DNA of 20,000 bases from an uncultured virus (IMG/VR IMGVR_UViG_3300008954_001678) (taxonomy: Duplodnaviria > Heunggongvirae > Uroviricota > Caudoviricetes): IMG/VR virus record IMGVR_UViG_3300008954_001678; one strand, 5' to 3'. A program made the position numbers and the translations under genes. Of the stretch, positions 1 to 8,880 are shown piece after piece. Numbering within the stretch: position 1 is the stretch's first letter; the number at the start of each line of letters is the position of its first letter. A model generated the notes under the pieces. That model saw nothing but the letters and a program-made list of their open reading frames with translations, was not told where the DNA came from and made no database searches.

Positions 1-48
1 GTTATAAATCTACCAGATTTTGAAGCTACTATAATATCCTCCGATTAA
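1..48 (+). CDS. 3' end of a gene entering from the left (partial, ...VINLPDFEATIISSD*)
   Basis: Frame 1 is open from base 1 to TAA at 46-48. The stop overlaps the stop of the convergent minus-strand gene (TTAA at 45-48). Confidence 0.45.
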   Translation, partial: VINLPDFEATIISSD

Positions 49-662
49 ACTAACCCCATCACTTTATAAACCTCAAAAGCTGATTCGGGACTATTTCCCC
101 CCACACTCCAATAGAATACATCATTATATGGGTCTTTATCATATTGTTTATAATCGTAAATCGAAGCTCTTACACCATTATCAAATTTAATATCCCACTC
201 TAACTGAACTTTACCATCTCCACTACCTTCCTCATAACTTGGGGGACCGAATTGTTGGCGTATATCATCATACGAGGGACCATCCAACTCTCCTTGTCTA
301 CTCCCACCTACAAAAGGTAGAGGTTTATCTTCAGAACCTACAATAAATGGTCTCGGTGATAATGCAGCCTCTATTGAGGACTCATTAAAATTAGGATAGG
401 TTTGTAATAATAGTGAAGTTAAAATAGAACCCTCTTCTCTAGGACTAAGGAATTGTTCATCACCTAACCTAACCCCATATAGTTTTGCACTTCTTTGTAT
501 GGCACTACTAATAGTTTGTATGAATTTCCAGTTTAATCCAGGACTGTCAGGGTCCGATAAAGTACCTTTCTCCCCTAAATGTTCTAACTCATCCAGAATC
601 TCAATAGGAAGTTCTCTAGTCATCACATAGTCAAAAAGTTTGGGTATCATTGTGTATTCCAT
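45..662 (-). CDS. Phage hypothetical protein; C-terminal domain resembles a common small phage family
   Basis: ORF track 45..770, but the first 36 codons are AT-rich and overlap the divergent gene. Likely start is ATG at 662 (MEYTM) or 650, downstream of a TATTTAT motif at 683-689. C-terminal pattern SRQG..SYDDI...FGPP....DGKVQLEW.IKF..G..ASIYDYK...W.VGG is recognised from phage hypothetical proteins. Confidence 0.7.
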   Translation of the reverse strand: MEYTMIPKLFDYVMTRELPIEILDELEHLGEKGTLSDPDSPGLNWKFIQTISSAIQRSAKLYGVRLGDEQFLSPREEGSILTSLLLQTYPNFNESSIEAALSPRPFIVGSEDKPLPFVGGSRQGELDGPSYDDIRQQFGPPSYEEGSGDGKVQLEWDIKFDNGVRASIYDYKQYDKDPYNDVFYWSVGGNSPESAFEVYKVMGLV

Positions 663-755
663 GGTCGTAGTTATATTATATAATAAATACCCGTCTCTTT
701 TATAATAACAGGTATATTTATATGTAAATAACAATTTAATAAAATATAATTTATT

Positions 756-2576
756 ATGGCTAGAAAGCACAAATCAAAAATATTAATAGAAGATATTAAT
801 AAGATATCCAAAATGATGGGATATGATAGAGCGTTAACTTCAACCGAAAACAATGTTCTTTTTGAATCAAAACAATTACAAGAACAAAATTCTAAAATAA
901 TTCCTTTTGAAAATTATAGTGATATAACTGTTGAATGGGAGGAAGATGAAAATGGTAACAATATAATAGATGTATCTTCATTAGGAGGTTTAGCATCAGG
1001 ATTGGAGGACGCAACGGACACCCCAATTGATGATGAAGATGTGAATGATGTTTATAGAGCGGTTAAATTCTTAAAAGATAAATGGACACCTGATGGTGAA
1101 AATGCATGTGAAAAAGTATTAGAACTTTTCGCTGATAAAACAGGTAATGAAGACTTAGAAAAAAATATATTAAATGCTGGAATGTATAAAGGTTTTGAAT
1201 TCGCGGGGTGGTCTGACGATGACGATATGTATTTGGATGGAGTGAGTACCACTTATGGAGCAGCTAAAAGAAAAGTCGCAAAAGCGGTAAGAGCATGTAC
1301 TAGAGGGTCAATGACAACTGCACAGTAAACTGAAGATGCAGCAAACAAAGCAGGATGGCCAGCAAAATATAAATGTGTATTAAAAGGTGGTAAAGGACCT
1401 GGATTATTCAGTTGGGGAACAAAAGAAGCTGGTAAATTCCAGAAAACAAAATCAGGTGCGGTAGTTTATATTGTACCAGTAGATGGAAAGACAGCTCAAA
1501 GTTCTGGAGGAAATCTACAGAAAGAAGATAAACTTGTTTACTATAGTAACGGAACTATGAGAGTTTACCCAAGAGGTAAAAGTGGATTAGCGGACAGTAA
1601 AGGTCCTTTCCCGTTTAGTTGTAATAGAAATGAAGATATGGAATTTGAAGCATCAGTGGAAAAGACGGACGTGGAGGTTTCAGAAGTATGGGGAGAGGAC
1701 GCACACGAATACCGAAGACATGATGTTGGTGGTGTAGAAAAGAGAGCTGGTGAAGGTCCTGAAGTTGGTGGACATAGACACTTCAAAGACTATATGGGTG
1801 AAAGTACAACAAATAGAGCCGTAAGAAATGCATATAAATTACTTACAGAACAAACAACAGATGTAGGAGGTGTGTTTATTGATTTTGGAGACCCTAAGCA
1901 GACAGAGGACAAAGGTGATGTTAAGTCGGATACTGAAGGTGATGGTAGTGGTACTGGTACTGATGGTACTGATACACCACCAAAGAAAAAAAGAAGTAAG
2001 TGGAATAAAGCAACTTACACATTAGAAACTATTAGAGATGGTAAAGTATGTGCTAAACTATGGGATTTTGGTGAAACAGTTAAAATAATACAAAAATTAA
2101 TAGGAGCTAAACCAGATGGTTATTTTGGACCAAAAACTGAAGAAGCTTTAAAAGGATGGCAAAGACGTAATGGAAAAGATGCGACAGGACAATTCTGTTC
2201 AGTTACATTTAAAGATTCAGGTGGTACAATAGAAGGTGAGGTAGAGACACAGACAGATACAGATAGTGATGCGGACGCTAAAGAAGATGCTGAAGTAGTA
2301 ACTAACCAGGAAATAGAACAAGTAAAACAAACTATTACAAGTGATAGTGATGCGGGTGAGACTTTAGAGTATTTAGCGGATGTTAAAGAAACTAAATTAG
2401 ACAAACCAACATGTATTCAATTAGTAGTTGCAGCAAATGCAGCGTTACCTAATCTAGTTCCTGAAATTTTACCTAAACTACAAGCATGTTTCTACGATTA
2501 TAATTTCCCACGAGGTATTGGAAGAAGAGCAGTTAAGAAGAGATATGGAATTACTGGTAAAGGAAGAAAAAAATAA
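756..2576 (+). CDS. Peptidoglycan-binding-domain protein (606 codons) interrupted by one in-frame TAA at 1326-1328; paralog of 11001..12875 (pseudogene, readthrough or base-call error)
   Basis: ORFs 756..1328 and 1557..2576 share a frame, and 1329-1556 is open (TEDAANKAGWPAKYKCVLKGG...LVYYSNGT). PG_binding_1-like motif GETVKIIQKLIGAKPDGYFGPKTEEALKGWQRRNG..ATG at about 2052-2195. C-terminus CIQL...LQACFYDYNF...RRAVKKRYGITGKG matches the paralog. Confidence 0.8.
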
Positions 2577-2597
2577 TTTAAATATTATAGATAAAAT

Positions 2598-2624
2598 AAA
2601 GGGAAGTTCGTCTTCCCTTTTTTT
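2598..2624 (+). terminator. Rho-independent terminator
   Basis: GGGAAG-ttcgt-CTTCCC hairpin followed by T7, 20 nt after the 2576 stop. Confidence 0.85.
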
Positions 2625-2649
2625 ATGCAATCAAAAATATTTATAGGTA

Positions 2650-3603
2650 ATGAAAACACATCTTAAACAATTATTAAAGGAAAGTGGATATTATGGTCAT
2701 GTCCTTAGTAAAAGATTACCTAAAGGGTTAGATAATCGTTTATATACACTAATTAGTATGATTGGTGGTGATATCACAACCACAGACGTCGTCAATTTTG
2801 CAGAACATGCAACACCACAACAGGTACAATATCTTTATGAAAAAGTTAGACAATTTCCTTCTAAAATTGATGAGGTCCTTCCTTATGCTGGAGGATATAA
2901 ATCACTTAAAGACTCTAAACAATATCAGGAGATAATTAATTTGGTAAAATTTAAAGAAATATTAGGAGATGATATTATAAAAGAAGATGTAAGTATTGAT
3001 GCGGACGGTTACCACGCTACTGACACAAATCCATATTTTACACAATACTTCCAACCCCAATTTAAAAGTAAGTTATTTAAATATTGGGATTCTCTAGGGG
3101 AACCAGATTATGATGCTTTGAAATTGTTTGGAGTGGTTGCGGATGAAAATGAGGAGGACTATACTGATTTTAGAAATGTGGGTGATGTGGTATATCCTCT
3201 TTTAGTGTTAGAGTGGTTGGGTGGGGTAGAAAATACGGAGTTTGCAAAAGCTCCTTGGATGGAAACTAGTGAAATGGGATTTAACAAGTTAAAATTTAAA
3301 GTAGAGCCTATACAGTTTGATTATATGTTTGATGAAAGTGTAAATTTTGGGGAACAGGGATATGCCTGTTGGGACATTAGAGTTTTAATAGATAAAATGG
3401 GGGATTTTGGGTCTAGTGATTCTACGTTAGTTGATGAACCTTTCATACAGGTTTTATTTCCCGAAAGTAGTAGAAATAAATTAAGTAATTTTAGAAACTA
3501 CACCAACGACCAAATGGAACTTATAGAAATGTTATGGGATGAATATGAGGGTTATAGGCCTATGGTTAGACAGTTCTGTAGTGTTGAAGTGGTTTTAGTC
3601 TAA
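2650..3603 (+). CDS. Hypothetical protein, 317 aa, acidic, with N-terminal LKQLLKES motif
   Basis: Long ORF, TATTTAT at 2638-2644, (I/L)xE motifs LLKES and IIKED. Confidence 0.8.
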   Translation: MKTHLKQLLKESGYYGHVLSKRLPKGLDNRLYTLISMIGGDITTTDVVNFAEHATPQQVQYLYEKVRQFPSKIDEVLPYAGGYKSLKDSKQYQEIINLVKFKEILGDDIIKEDVSIDADGYHATDTNPYFTQYFQPQFKSKLFKYWDSLGEPDYDALKLFGVVADENEEDYTDFRNVGDVVYPLLVLEWLGGVENTEFAKAPWMETSEMGFNKLKFKVEPIQFDYMFDESVNFGEQGYACWDIRVLIDKMGDFGSSDSTLVDEPFIQVLFPESSRNKLSNFRNYTNDQMELIEMLWDEYEGYRPMVRQFCSVEVVLV

Positions 3604-3782
3604 ATTCCTATAGAATAATCTTTTTTCCAGTTAAACTTCTTTCCTTCTTTTAAACCCTTAATATAATCTCTAAATTTACCACCAAGTTCAAAATTATTAG
3701 GGGTTAATCTCTCCAATTTTTCTAGTTCTTCTATACGGTCTATATACCAGTATATAGTTCTTATTTCTTTATTTTTATTCAT
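3600..3782 (-). CDS. Small phage hypothetical protein, 60 aa
   Basis: Start overlaps the stop of 3775..4188 (coupled). Motif TPNNFELGGKFR resembles the PND.ELG..IR small phage proteins. Confidence 0.7.
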   Translation of the reverse strand: MNKNKEIRTIYWYIDRIEELEKLERLTPNNFELGGKFRDYIKGLKEGKKFNWKKDYSIGI

Positions 3783-4188
3783 AGATTTCTTTTACTTTTA
3801 AATTATATTCGTCACCAAATAAATCTTTTAATACATGCCATTTCATAGTTCCTTCTACCACATATTTTTGATTTTCCCACTCAAATATTTTTAGATACCC
3901 ATCTTCCTCTGGAGTGTAACCATCGGATTTATATTTTTCATCTAATTTTTTTAATTTAGATTCGTATATTGAAGTCTGACTATTTTTAAGGTCATTCAAC
4001 TCCTCTTCACTAACTTTATTTTCCATTTCCGAAACCTCTTCAGTTGTAGCCATCTGAATTATTCCTTTATTAGCTAATCTCAATAAGTCCTGAGTTCTAC
4101 CATTAGCCAATTCCTGTACCAAATAAATGGTTGGTTGTAAGTCCTTTATTGTTATATCTACTATTTTAATATTCTTTTCTTTATTCAT
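3775..4188 (-). CDS. Hypothetical protein, 137 aa, possibly degenerate ParB/Srx-like fold
   Basis: Operon-like packing with 4190..4381 and 3600..3782. ITIKDLQPT...YLKIF.....YVVEGTMKWHVL loosely echoes the ParB-N YxIxDGxHR motif. Confidence 0.7.
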   Translation of the reverse strand: MNKEKNIKIVDITIKDLQPTIYLVQELANGRTQDLLRLANKGIIQMATTEEVSEMENKVSEEELNDLKNSQTSIYESKLKKLDEKYKSDGYTPEEDGYLKIFEWENQKYVVEGTMKWHVLKDLFGDEYNLKVKEIYE

Positions 4189-4189
4189 T

Positions 4190-4381
4190 TTATTCTTTAT
4201 TATAATAATACTTAGTTACCCCTGAAAAGTCAAAGCATAGTTGGTCGGGATTAACTCCCCTGTAAGAAGATAAAGTAGTTCCCCTTCCCTTCCCTATCTT
4301 TATAATTCTAGTATGGGGTGAGACCCAAGTCCCATCCTTTCTCCTATATCCTTTTATATAAATTTCACGGTATGCTGCCAT
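4190..4381 (-). CDS. Small basic protein with IxGYxRKDGTxVxxHxR motif
   Basis: IKGYRRKDGTWVSPHTR is a recurrent small-protein motif. Promoter-like TTTG-N20-TAtaTTTC lies upstream (4387-4418). Confidence 0.75.
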   Translation of the reverse strand: MAAYREIYIKGYRRKDGTWVSPHTRIIKIGKGRGTTLSSYRGVNPDQLCFDFSGVTKYYYNKE

Positions 4382-4442
4382 ATGAAGAAATATAAGTTAT
4401 TTTTTGTTGATTTACAAATATTTATAAATAAAATATACTACT

Positions 4443-4784
4443 ATGAACAAACCAATATGGGAAGGACACCAATACAACGACTACAAACAAGACTCTAAAC
4501 ATTATAATAATGTTAAATCTGAAGAAGAAAGAATAAGAGAACTTCATGAAAAGAATGAAATGAAGAAGGCAGAGAAAAAACAATTAAATGAATGGGCATA
4601 CCTTAGTGTTGGAGCAACTGGAGGACCAAACATCCAGGGAGCTAATCATGGGCTAATTAATGATAGACACGGTTTAGTAGTTGACCATTTAAATCAAGTA
4701 GGAAGAAACGTTAAAAAAGAAAGTGTTAAAGAATTCGTTCAAAACACCAAGGGGTGGATGAAACGATTTAAAGATGTATCTTAG
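4443..4784 (+). CDS. Hypothetical protein, 113 aa
   Basis: ORF with TATTTAT at 4419-4425 and a KQLNEW motif. Confidence 0.75.
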   Translation: MNKPIWEGHQYNDYKQDSKHYNNVKSEEERIRELHEKNEMKKAEKKQLNEWAYLSVGATGGPNIQGANHGLINDRHGLVVDHLNQVGRNVKKESVKEFVQNTKGWMKRFKDVS

Positions 4785-4795
4785 TTACATTTAAT

Positions 4796-4826
4796 TTTGT
4801 AGTAACAATATTTTTCTGTATCTTTG
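4796..4826 (+). promoter_or_regulatory. Bacteroidota primary-sigma promoter (-33 TTTG / -7 TAnnTTTG)
   Basis: TTTG 4796-4799, 19-nt spacer, TATCTTTG 4819-4826, ATG at 4831. Confidence 0.7.
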
Positions 4827-4830
4827 TAAT

Positions 4831-4986
4831 ATGAAAAATAAATCTACAAAGATAATATCAATTGGTTGGAATCAACAAGAAAGATTTGTGGCTATGGGTA
4901 AATTAATCCAACAAGGTAAAGCCAGACGACTTTACTATTCCTGTGATAAATTTTATTATGAGGTAGAGAAAGGACTAAAAATATAA
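4831..4986 (+). CDS. Small basic hypothetical protein, 51 aa (not in ORF track)
   Basis: Hand translation MKNKSTKIISIGWNQQERFVAMGKLIQQGKARRLYYSCDKFYYEVEKGLKI*, directly behind a consensus promoter. Confidence 0.7.
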   Translation: MKNKSTKIISIGWNQQERFVAMGKLIQQGKARRLYYSCDKFYYEVEKGLKI

Positions 4987-5113
4987 AAAATCAGTAATTT
5001 TAGCCGCAAAAATAGAAGTTTTTTTGACTTATCGGGATTAGTGGTATATTTATCTTCGTATTAACACCATTATAAGGTGAAAGATACTTTCCACATTATA
5101 CATATTTTGCGTT

Positions 5114-5145
5114 AAAAAAGGGACTTTCGTCCCTTTTTTGTTTTT
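5114..5145. terminator. Bidirectional rho-independent terminator
   Basis: A6-GGGAC-tttc-GTCCC-T6 hairpin with U-tracts possible on both strands. Confidence 0.85.
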
Positions 5146-5225
5146 AGATACTTTCCTCTTTTTTTTATGTAAATTTATTTAACTAGTTACACCTATAAAT
5201 ATATGCAACCCTCTTAAAGGTGACA

Positions 5226-5570
5226 TTATTTCCAAAATACTTGGATTAAAACCAGAGTAAAAGCTAAGGATAAAGAGACTATAGTTTTAGTGGTTATTCC
5301 TTCATTTAAGAAGAACCAAGTACATAAGGCAAATACAACAATACCTAACCCAAAACCCATCAGACGTTGTCCCCACAATACATTATTGAATCCTGAATAA
5401 CCATACTTTGTACCTACAATAAATAAATAACTTATGGGAACACCAATCAGTGTTAAAATCAAAGGATTACGGTCAAACCATTTCCACACAAACTGGCCAT
5501 TTAGTTGGAACCAAACCAAGATTTGACCAATAGCTAAAAGTATTGCACATATTAAAATATCTTTATTCAT
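5226..5570 (-). CDS. Small 4-TM membrane protein (SMR/DMT-like size and topology)
   Basis: 114 aa with four hydrophobic segments. FFLNEGITTKTIVSLSL resembles the DMT/EamA 'f.E..t....G..l' pattern. Confidence 0.75.
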   Translation of the reverse strand: MNKDILICAILLAIGQILVWFQLNGQFVWKWFDRNPLILTLIGVPISYLFIVGTKYGYSGFNNVLWGQRLMGFGLGIVVFALCTWFFLNEGITTKTIVSLSLAFTLVLIQVFWK

Positions 5571-5621
5571 GGAATAAATATAGTATTATTATTTAACTAA
5601 GTCCAATAGTATTTATAAGAA

Positions 5622-7691
5622 ATGGAAGACACGAAAGAGCATATGACCACAAAAGAAGAAAATTTATTTAAAAAATTCTATACCGAATTCTGGCCTAAAT
5701 GGAGAAGTAGACTCTATAGTCAATTATATAGAACATATCATCCCTCCACATACGTAGAAAGTTTTAATAGTCCCAGTAGTAACTTTGAAGGTGCATTAGA
5801 AATTATAGAGGAGGCTGTCCATGAAGGGAAAAAATTAGGGTTATTACCTGTATTAGATTTTCACTATCCTGTTTTAGCTGGAAAGTTGAGGATATTACAA
5901 AAAGACCACTACGTCTTGGATTGGATACATTCTTTTTTATTATTCGATGTCATGTGGGACATAGTGCACGAATTTAGATGTTATTGTGGGGAAAATGGAA
6001 TAGACCCTAATTGTGAGGGGAAATGTATGGATGAATTTCCACCAGGTGGCCATAACAGTCCGCTCACATCGGGGACCTTAAAACAAGATTATTATACTTT
6101 ACATCATTATGTAAAGGGAATAAAAGAAAGAGCAAAAAGAGAAGGGTTAAACTTAGATAATATTTTACCTGAGATAACAAATGAGTTACAGTATTTAGTT
6201 CCAGATGTTACCGTTGAAGATGTAAAAATTAAAATAAAAAAAGAGATGCCAGAAATCTGGAATCTTATTAATGAACAAACTTTGAAACAGAAGAATAGAT
6301 TGGACCCTAAATATGTAAGGACTAAATTAAGACAATCTACCTTAAGAACCCTAGTAGAAAATAGTATTATAATAAAGGAACACACCAAGTACAACCAACC
6401 TGTGGTTGAGGGTGACGTTATAGAACTTATTCATATGGAAGACCCCTATAATCCTATACCAGTCATGACAAGAGGTGTGGTAATGGGATTTGAAGATGTT
6501 CCAGGTCCAGGAGAAAAAATAATAGTACAATGGTTTATGGGTAACGATGTTTTACAAAGAATGCCTATCTTAACCGATGTAGATGCATATAGAAAAGTAG
6601 AAATAAATAAAGAAGAAGGTACAAATCTATACGAACAACAAGAAATTGAGTACGGGAAGGTAAGTATGAAAAGTTATGGAAATAATACGTTTGTTTTTTT
6701 TAATAAAACAAATGCGAGGAAAGAAGGTGACACAGAAATGATTATATTAAGTGGTCCTGCTGGTGTCGCTACTTTAGAGTCTACGGAAGTAAAAAATAAG
6801 ACAAGCAGTTGGGGAGAGGATTATATACAAGTTAACTATAATAGAGACACCCAACACGAATTAGATAAGTTATTTGTAAGGAAAGAATGTGAGTTTAGTG
6901 ATAAGGAGTTGGATAGAACACCAAATGGTTGGGGGAGTAAATGGGATAAAGGAGCTGCGGGTACCTATAAAAATAAACTATTTTGGACGATACAAAATAC
7001 TTTAAAGGATGTCTATTCTGCTAATGTTGCAGGAGAGGGTGAACCAACCCCATTGCACCTACCGAACGGAATAATAAATGTTCCAGGAACAGATGCCGCG
7101 GGTACTACTGTTGGTTGGTCTATTCTTAATTTTTTTAATACACATCCACTTGTAAGACAGATATTGGTAGACGAGTATGAAAATTATGTTAATGATAATA
7201 ACCTACCATGTAGATTTTTAATTGACGAATTTACCGATTGGATAAAAGATAATAAATATGAGATTTTTGGAAGTGGTGAATTACTTAAGAGAATGGTAAA
7301 AGCAAACCAAGATACTTGGGTAAACGGACAAAGGAATGAAACAGCCTCGATGGCTTATTTAAAAGATTTTTATGGGGATGGATGGACACTGCTTAGTGTT
7401 AGTGAACCTGGAATCACTGAAGACGCTACAGGAGGAGTAGATATGTCCATAGTAAATTCAACAACAAATGACACACACACTTTTCAAGCAAAACCCTTAA
7501 GTAACGTAGAAGAAATGGGGGACGGTAGATGGAAGGTAAATTCTGGATGGTTACATTGGTATGACCCGAAAAAAGTTGATTATTTCATATTCACCAATGC
7601 ACGTACTAATGAGTCTTATATATTTAAAAATGAGGGTCAACGTCCAGAGAGTGGAGGCAACTCAATAATTTTTAATTACCCTCCTCTTTAG
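5622..7691 (+). CDS. Multidomain protein, 689 aa: DUF4314-like central domain and C-terminal PD-(D/E)XK nuclease-like domain
   Basis: GDVIELIHMEDPYNPIPVMTRGVV...IIVQW matches the DUF4314 pattern (about 6400-6600). C-terminal G.RNE...ED...GVD......TFQAKP...VDYFIF fits a PD-(D/E)XK-type core. TATTTAT at 5610-5616. Confidence 0.7.
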   Translation: MEDTKEHMTTKEENLFKKFYTEFWPKWRSRLYSQLYRTYHPSTYVESFNSPSSNFEGALEIIEEAVHEGKKLGLLPVLDFHYPVLAGKLRILQKDHYVLDWIHSFLLFDVMWDIVHEFRCYCGENGIDPNCEGKCMDEFPPGGHNSPLTSGTLKQDYYTLHHYVKGIKERAKREGLNLDNILPEITNELQYLVPDVTVEDVKIKIKKEMPEIWNLINEQTLKQKNRLDPKYVRTKLRQSTLRTLVENSIIIKEHTKYNQPVVEGDVIELIHMEDPYNPIPVMTRGVVMGFEDVPGPGEKIIVQWFMGNDVLQRMPILTDVDAYRKVEINKEEGTNLYEQQEIEYGKVSMKSYGNNTFVFFNKTNARKEGDTEMIILSGPAGVATLESTEVKNKTSSWGEDYIQVNYNRDTQHELDKLFVRKECEFSDKELDRTPNGWGSKWDKGAAGTYKNKLFWTIQNTLKDVYSANVAGEGEPTPLHLPNGIINVPGTDAAGTTVGWSILNFFNTHPLVRQILVDEYENYVNDNNLPCRFLIDEFTDWIKDNKYEIFGSGELLKRMVKANQDTWVNGQRNETASMAYLKDFYGDGWTLLSVSEPGITEDATGGVDMSIVNSTTNDTHTFQAKPLSNVEEMGDGRWKVNSGWLHWYDPKKVDYFIFTNARTNESYIFKNEGQRPESGGNSIIFNYPPL

Positions 7692-8280
7692 TTTTCTCTA
7701 ATTGTTTTAATACATTCAAGTGAGCCTCGTAAACACATTTACTCTCCAAGGTATTTCTTACTGCTTCATCCACATCAAAAACTGGTTTATAAGTGGGAGA
7801 CGTGTCACTCTGGTGCCACACACCATCATTTCTATAGACACTCCAGTCTCTAGTGGTCTCTTCCTTTATTTCTCTTTTTTGTAATTTTTCAAAAGAGATT
7901 TTTTCAGCTTCACTTAGGTAAAAAAGGTTCGGTTTTGATTCTAAAAAAATATGATTCTTTATTACACTCATTATATAGTCGGGTATAGCAACTAACATAG
8001 AGTCTAATCTATCATCTTCCGCATTCCACCAACTCATTTCTCTTTTATTACCATTTTCATCTATTTCCCAAAATACAGCCCATTTTATATCGGTTTTGCG
8101 TTCAATTATATATAAAAGAATCCCTTCTTTAGAGTATTTGTAAAAAGTAAGGGGATTTTCTTTACTAGATGTACACCATTTACTGTTATAACCATACTTA
8201 ATACTCGCCGCCAAAGTTAGAGGTTTAATAATTAACCATCTACTATCACGGAATATCTCATTGGTTCTTTTTTTCTTCAT
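7672..8280 (-). CDS. Phage hypothetical protein of the P...AS..YG..KWCT family, about 202 aa
   Basis: WLIIKPLTLAASIKYGYNSKWCTS...F.KY...G.LLYII motif seen in large phages. Start re-assigned to ATG 8280 (MKKKRTNE) because the ORF-track extension to 8412 overlaps the divergent gene. Confidence 0.75.
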   Translation of the reverse strand: MKKKRTNEIFRDSRWLIIKPLTLAASIKYGYNSKWCTSSKENPLTFYKYSKEGILLYIIERKTDIKWAVFWEIDENGNKREMSWWNAEDDRLDSMLVAIPDYIMSVIKNHIFLESKPNLFYLSEAEKISFEKLQKREIKEETTRDWSVYRNDGVWHQSDTSPTYKPVFDVDEAVRNTLESKCVYEAHLNVLKQLEKTKEEGN

Positions 8281-8396
8281 TTGATATGGAAATATGTTAA
8301 AAATATACGAAAATATGCCTAATAGACAAGAATTTTTATATTTTATGTTTTTTTTCTTAGTCGTCCACCTATTTATGTAGAAATACTCAATAAAAT

Positions 8397-8651
8397 ATGG
8401 CACGATTAACAAATGAACATTTACATAGTGAGATTAAGCTTGTAAAAAATGATGTAGAACACTTAAGAGATGGTCAAGAGAAGATACAAGACGACCTTAC
8501 TATGATTAAAAAAGTACTACTCAATCCAGATGATGGTACAATTGCCCGAGTTAATAAAAACACGGTATTTAGAAAATCAACAGGTAAAGTATTGTGGTCT
8601 CTTTGGATTGCCATGATAGGAGTAATCGCAAAATTAATTTTCTGGGACTAA
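8397..8651 (+). CDS. Coiled-coil protein with single C-terminal TM helix (holin/XhlA-like architecture)
   Basis: Heptad-like N-terminus, hydrophobic VLWSLWIAMIGVIAKLIFW tail, TATTTAT at 8370-8376. Confidence 0.7.
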   Translation: MARLTNEHLHSEIKLVKNDVEHLRDGQEKIQDDLTMIKKVLLNPDDGTIARVNKNTVFRKSTGKVLWSLWIAMIGVIAKLIFWD

Positions 8652-8723
8652 AATCCACATTTTTCTTATTTAACACTATCCTTTTTGAGATTACTGTATA
8701 TGTATTTACAAAAATATTTCAAA

Positions 8724-8876
8724 ATGGAACAAATATATGAAATCATAGACCGACTAAGAGTAGCAATAGAGGAAGAGGATTGGAACGCCGTGGAAGGTGT
8801 GGTCGAAAGCTTAGAAGAAATTGACTTAGAAAGGGGAAATCTCTTCAACGCCGATTATTTTAACTCGGACGAATAA
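8724..8876 (+). CDS. Small acidic protein, 50 aa
   Basis: Likely start ATG 8724 (MEQIYEIIDRL) inside ORF 8685..8876, with TATTTAC variant at 8703-8709. Confidence 0.65.
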   Translation: MEQIYEIIDRLRVAIEEEDWNAVEGVVESLEEIDLERGNLFNADYFNSDE

Positions 8877-8880
8877 CTAT

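Noticed and set aside
663..770. ORF-track N-terminal extension of the first minus-strand gene (likewise 8281-8412 and 8685-8723)
   Set aside because: The extensions run through AT-rich promoter regions or overlap divergent genes; downstream ATGs fit the motif spacing better.
1326..1328. Genome-wide stop-codon reassignment (TAA or TAG as sense)
   Set aside because: TAA, TAG and TGA all terminate other genes at sensible, tightly packed boundaries (e.g. TAAATG at 10182-10187, TAG at 4784 followed by more stops, ATGA at 18793-18796). Only one internal stop was seen.
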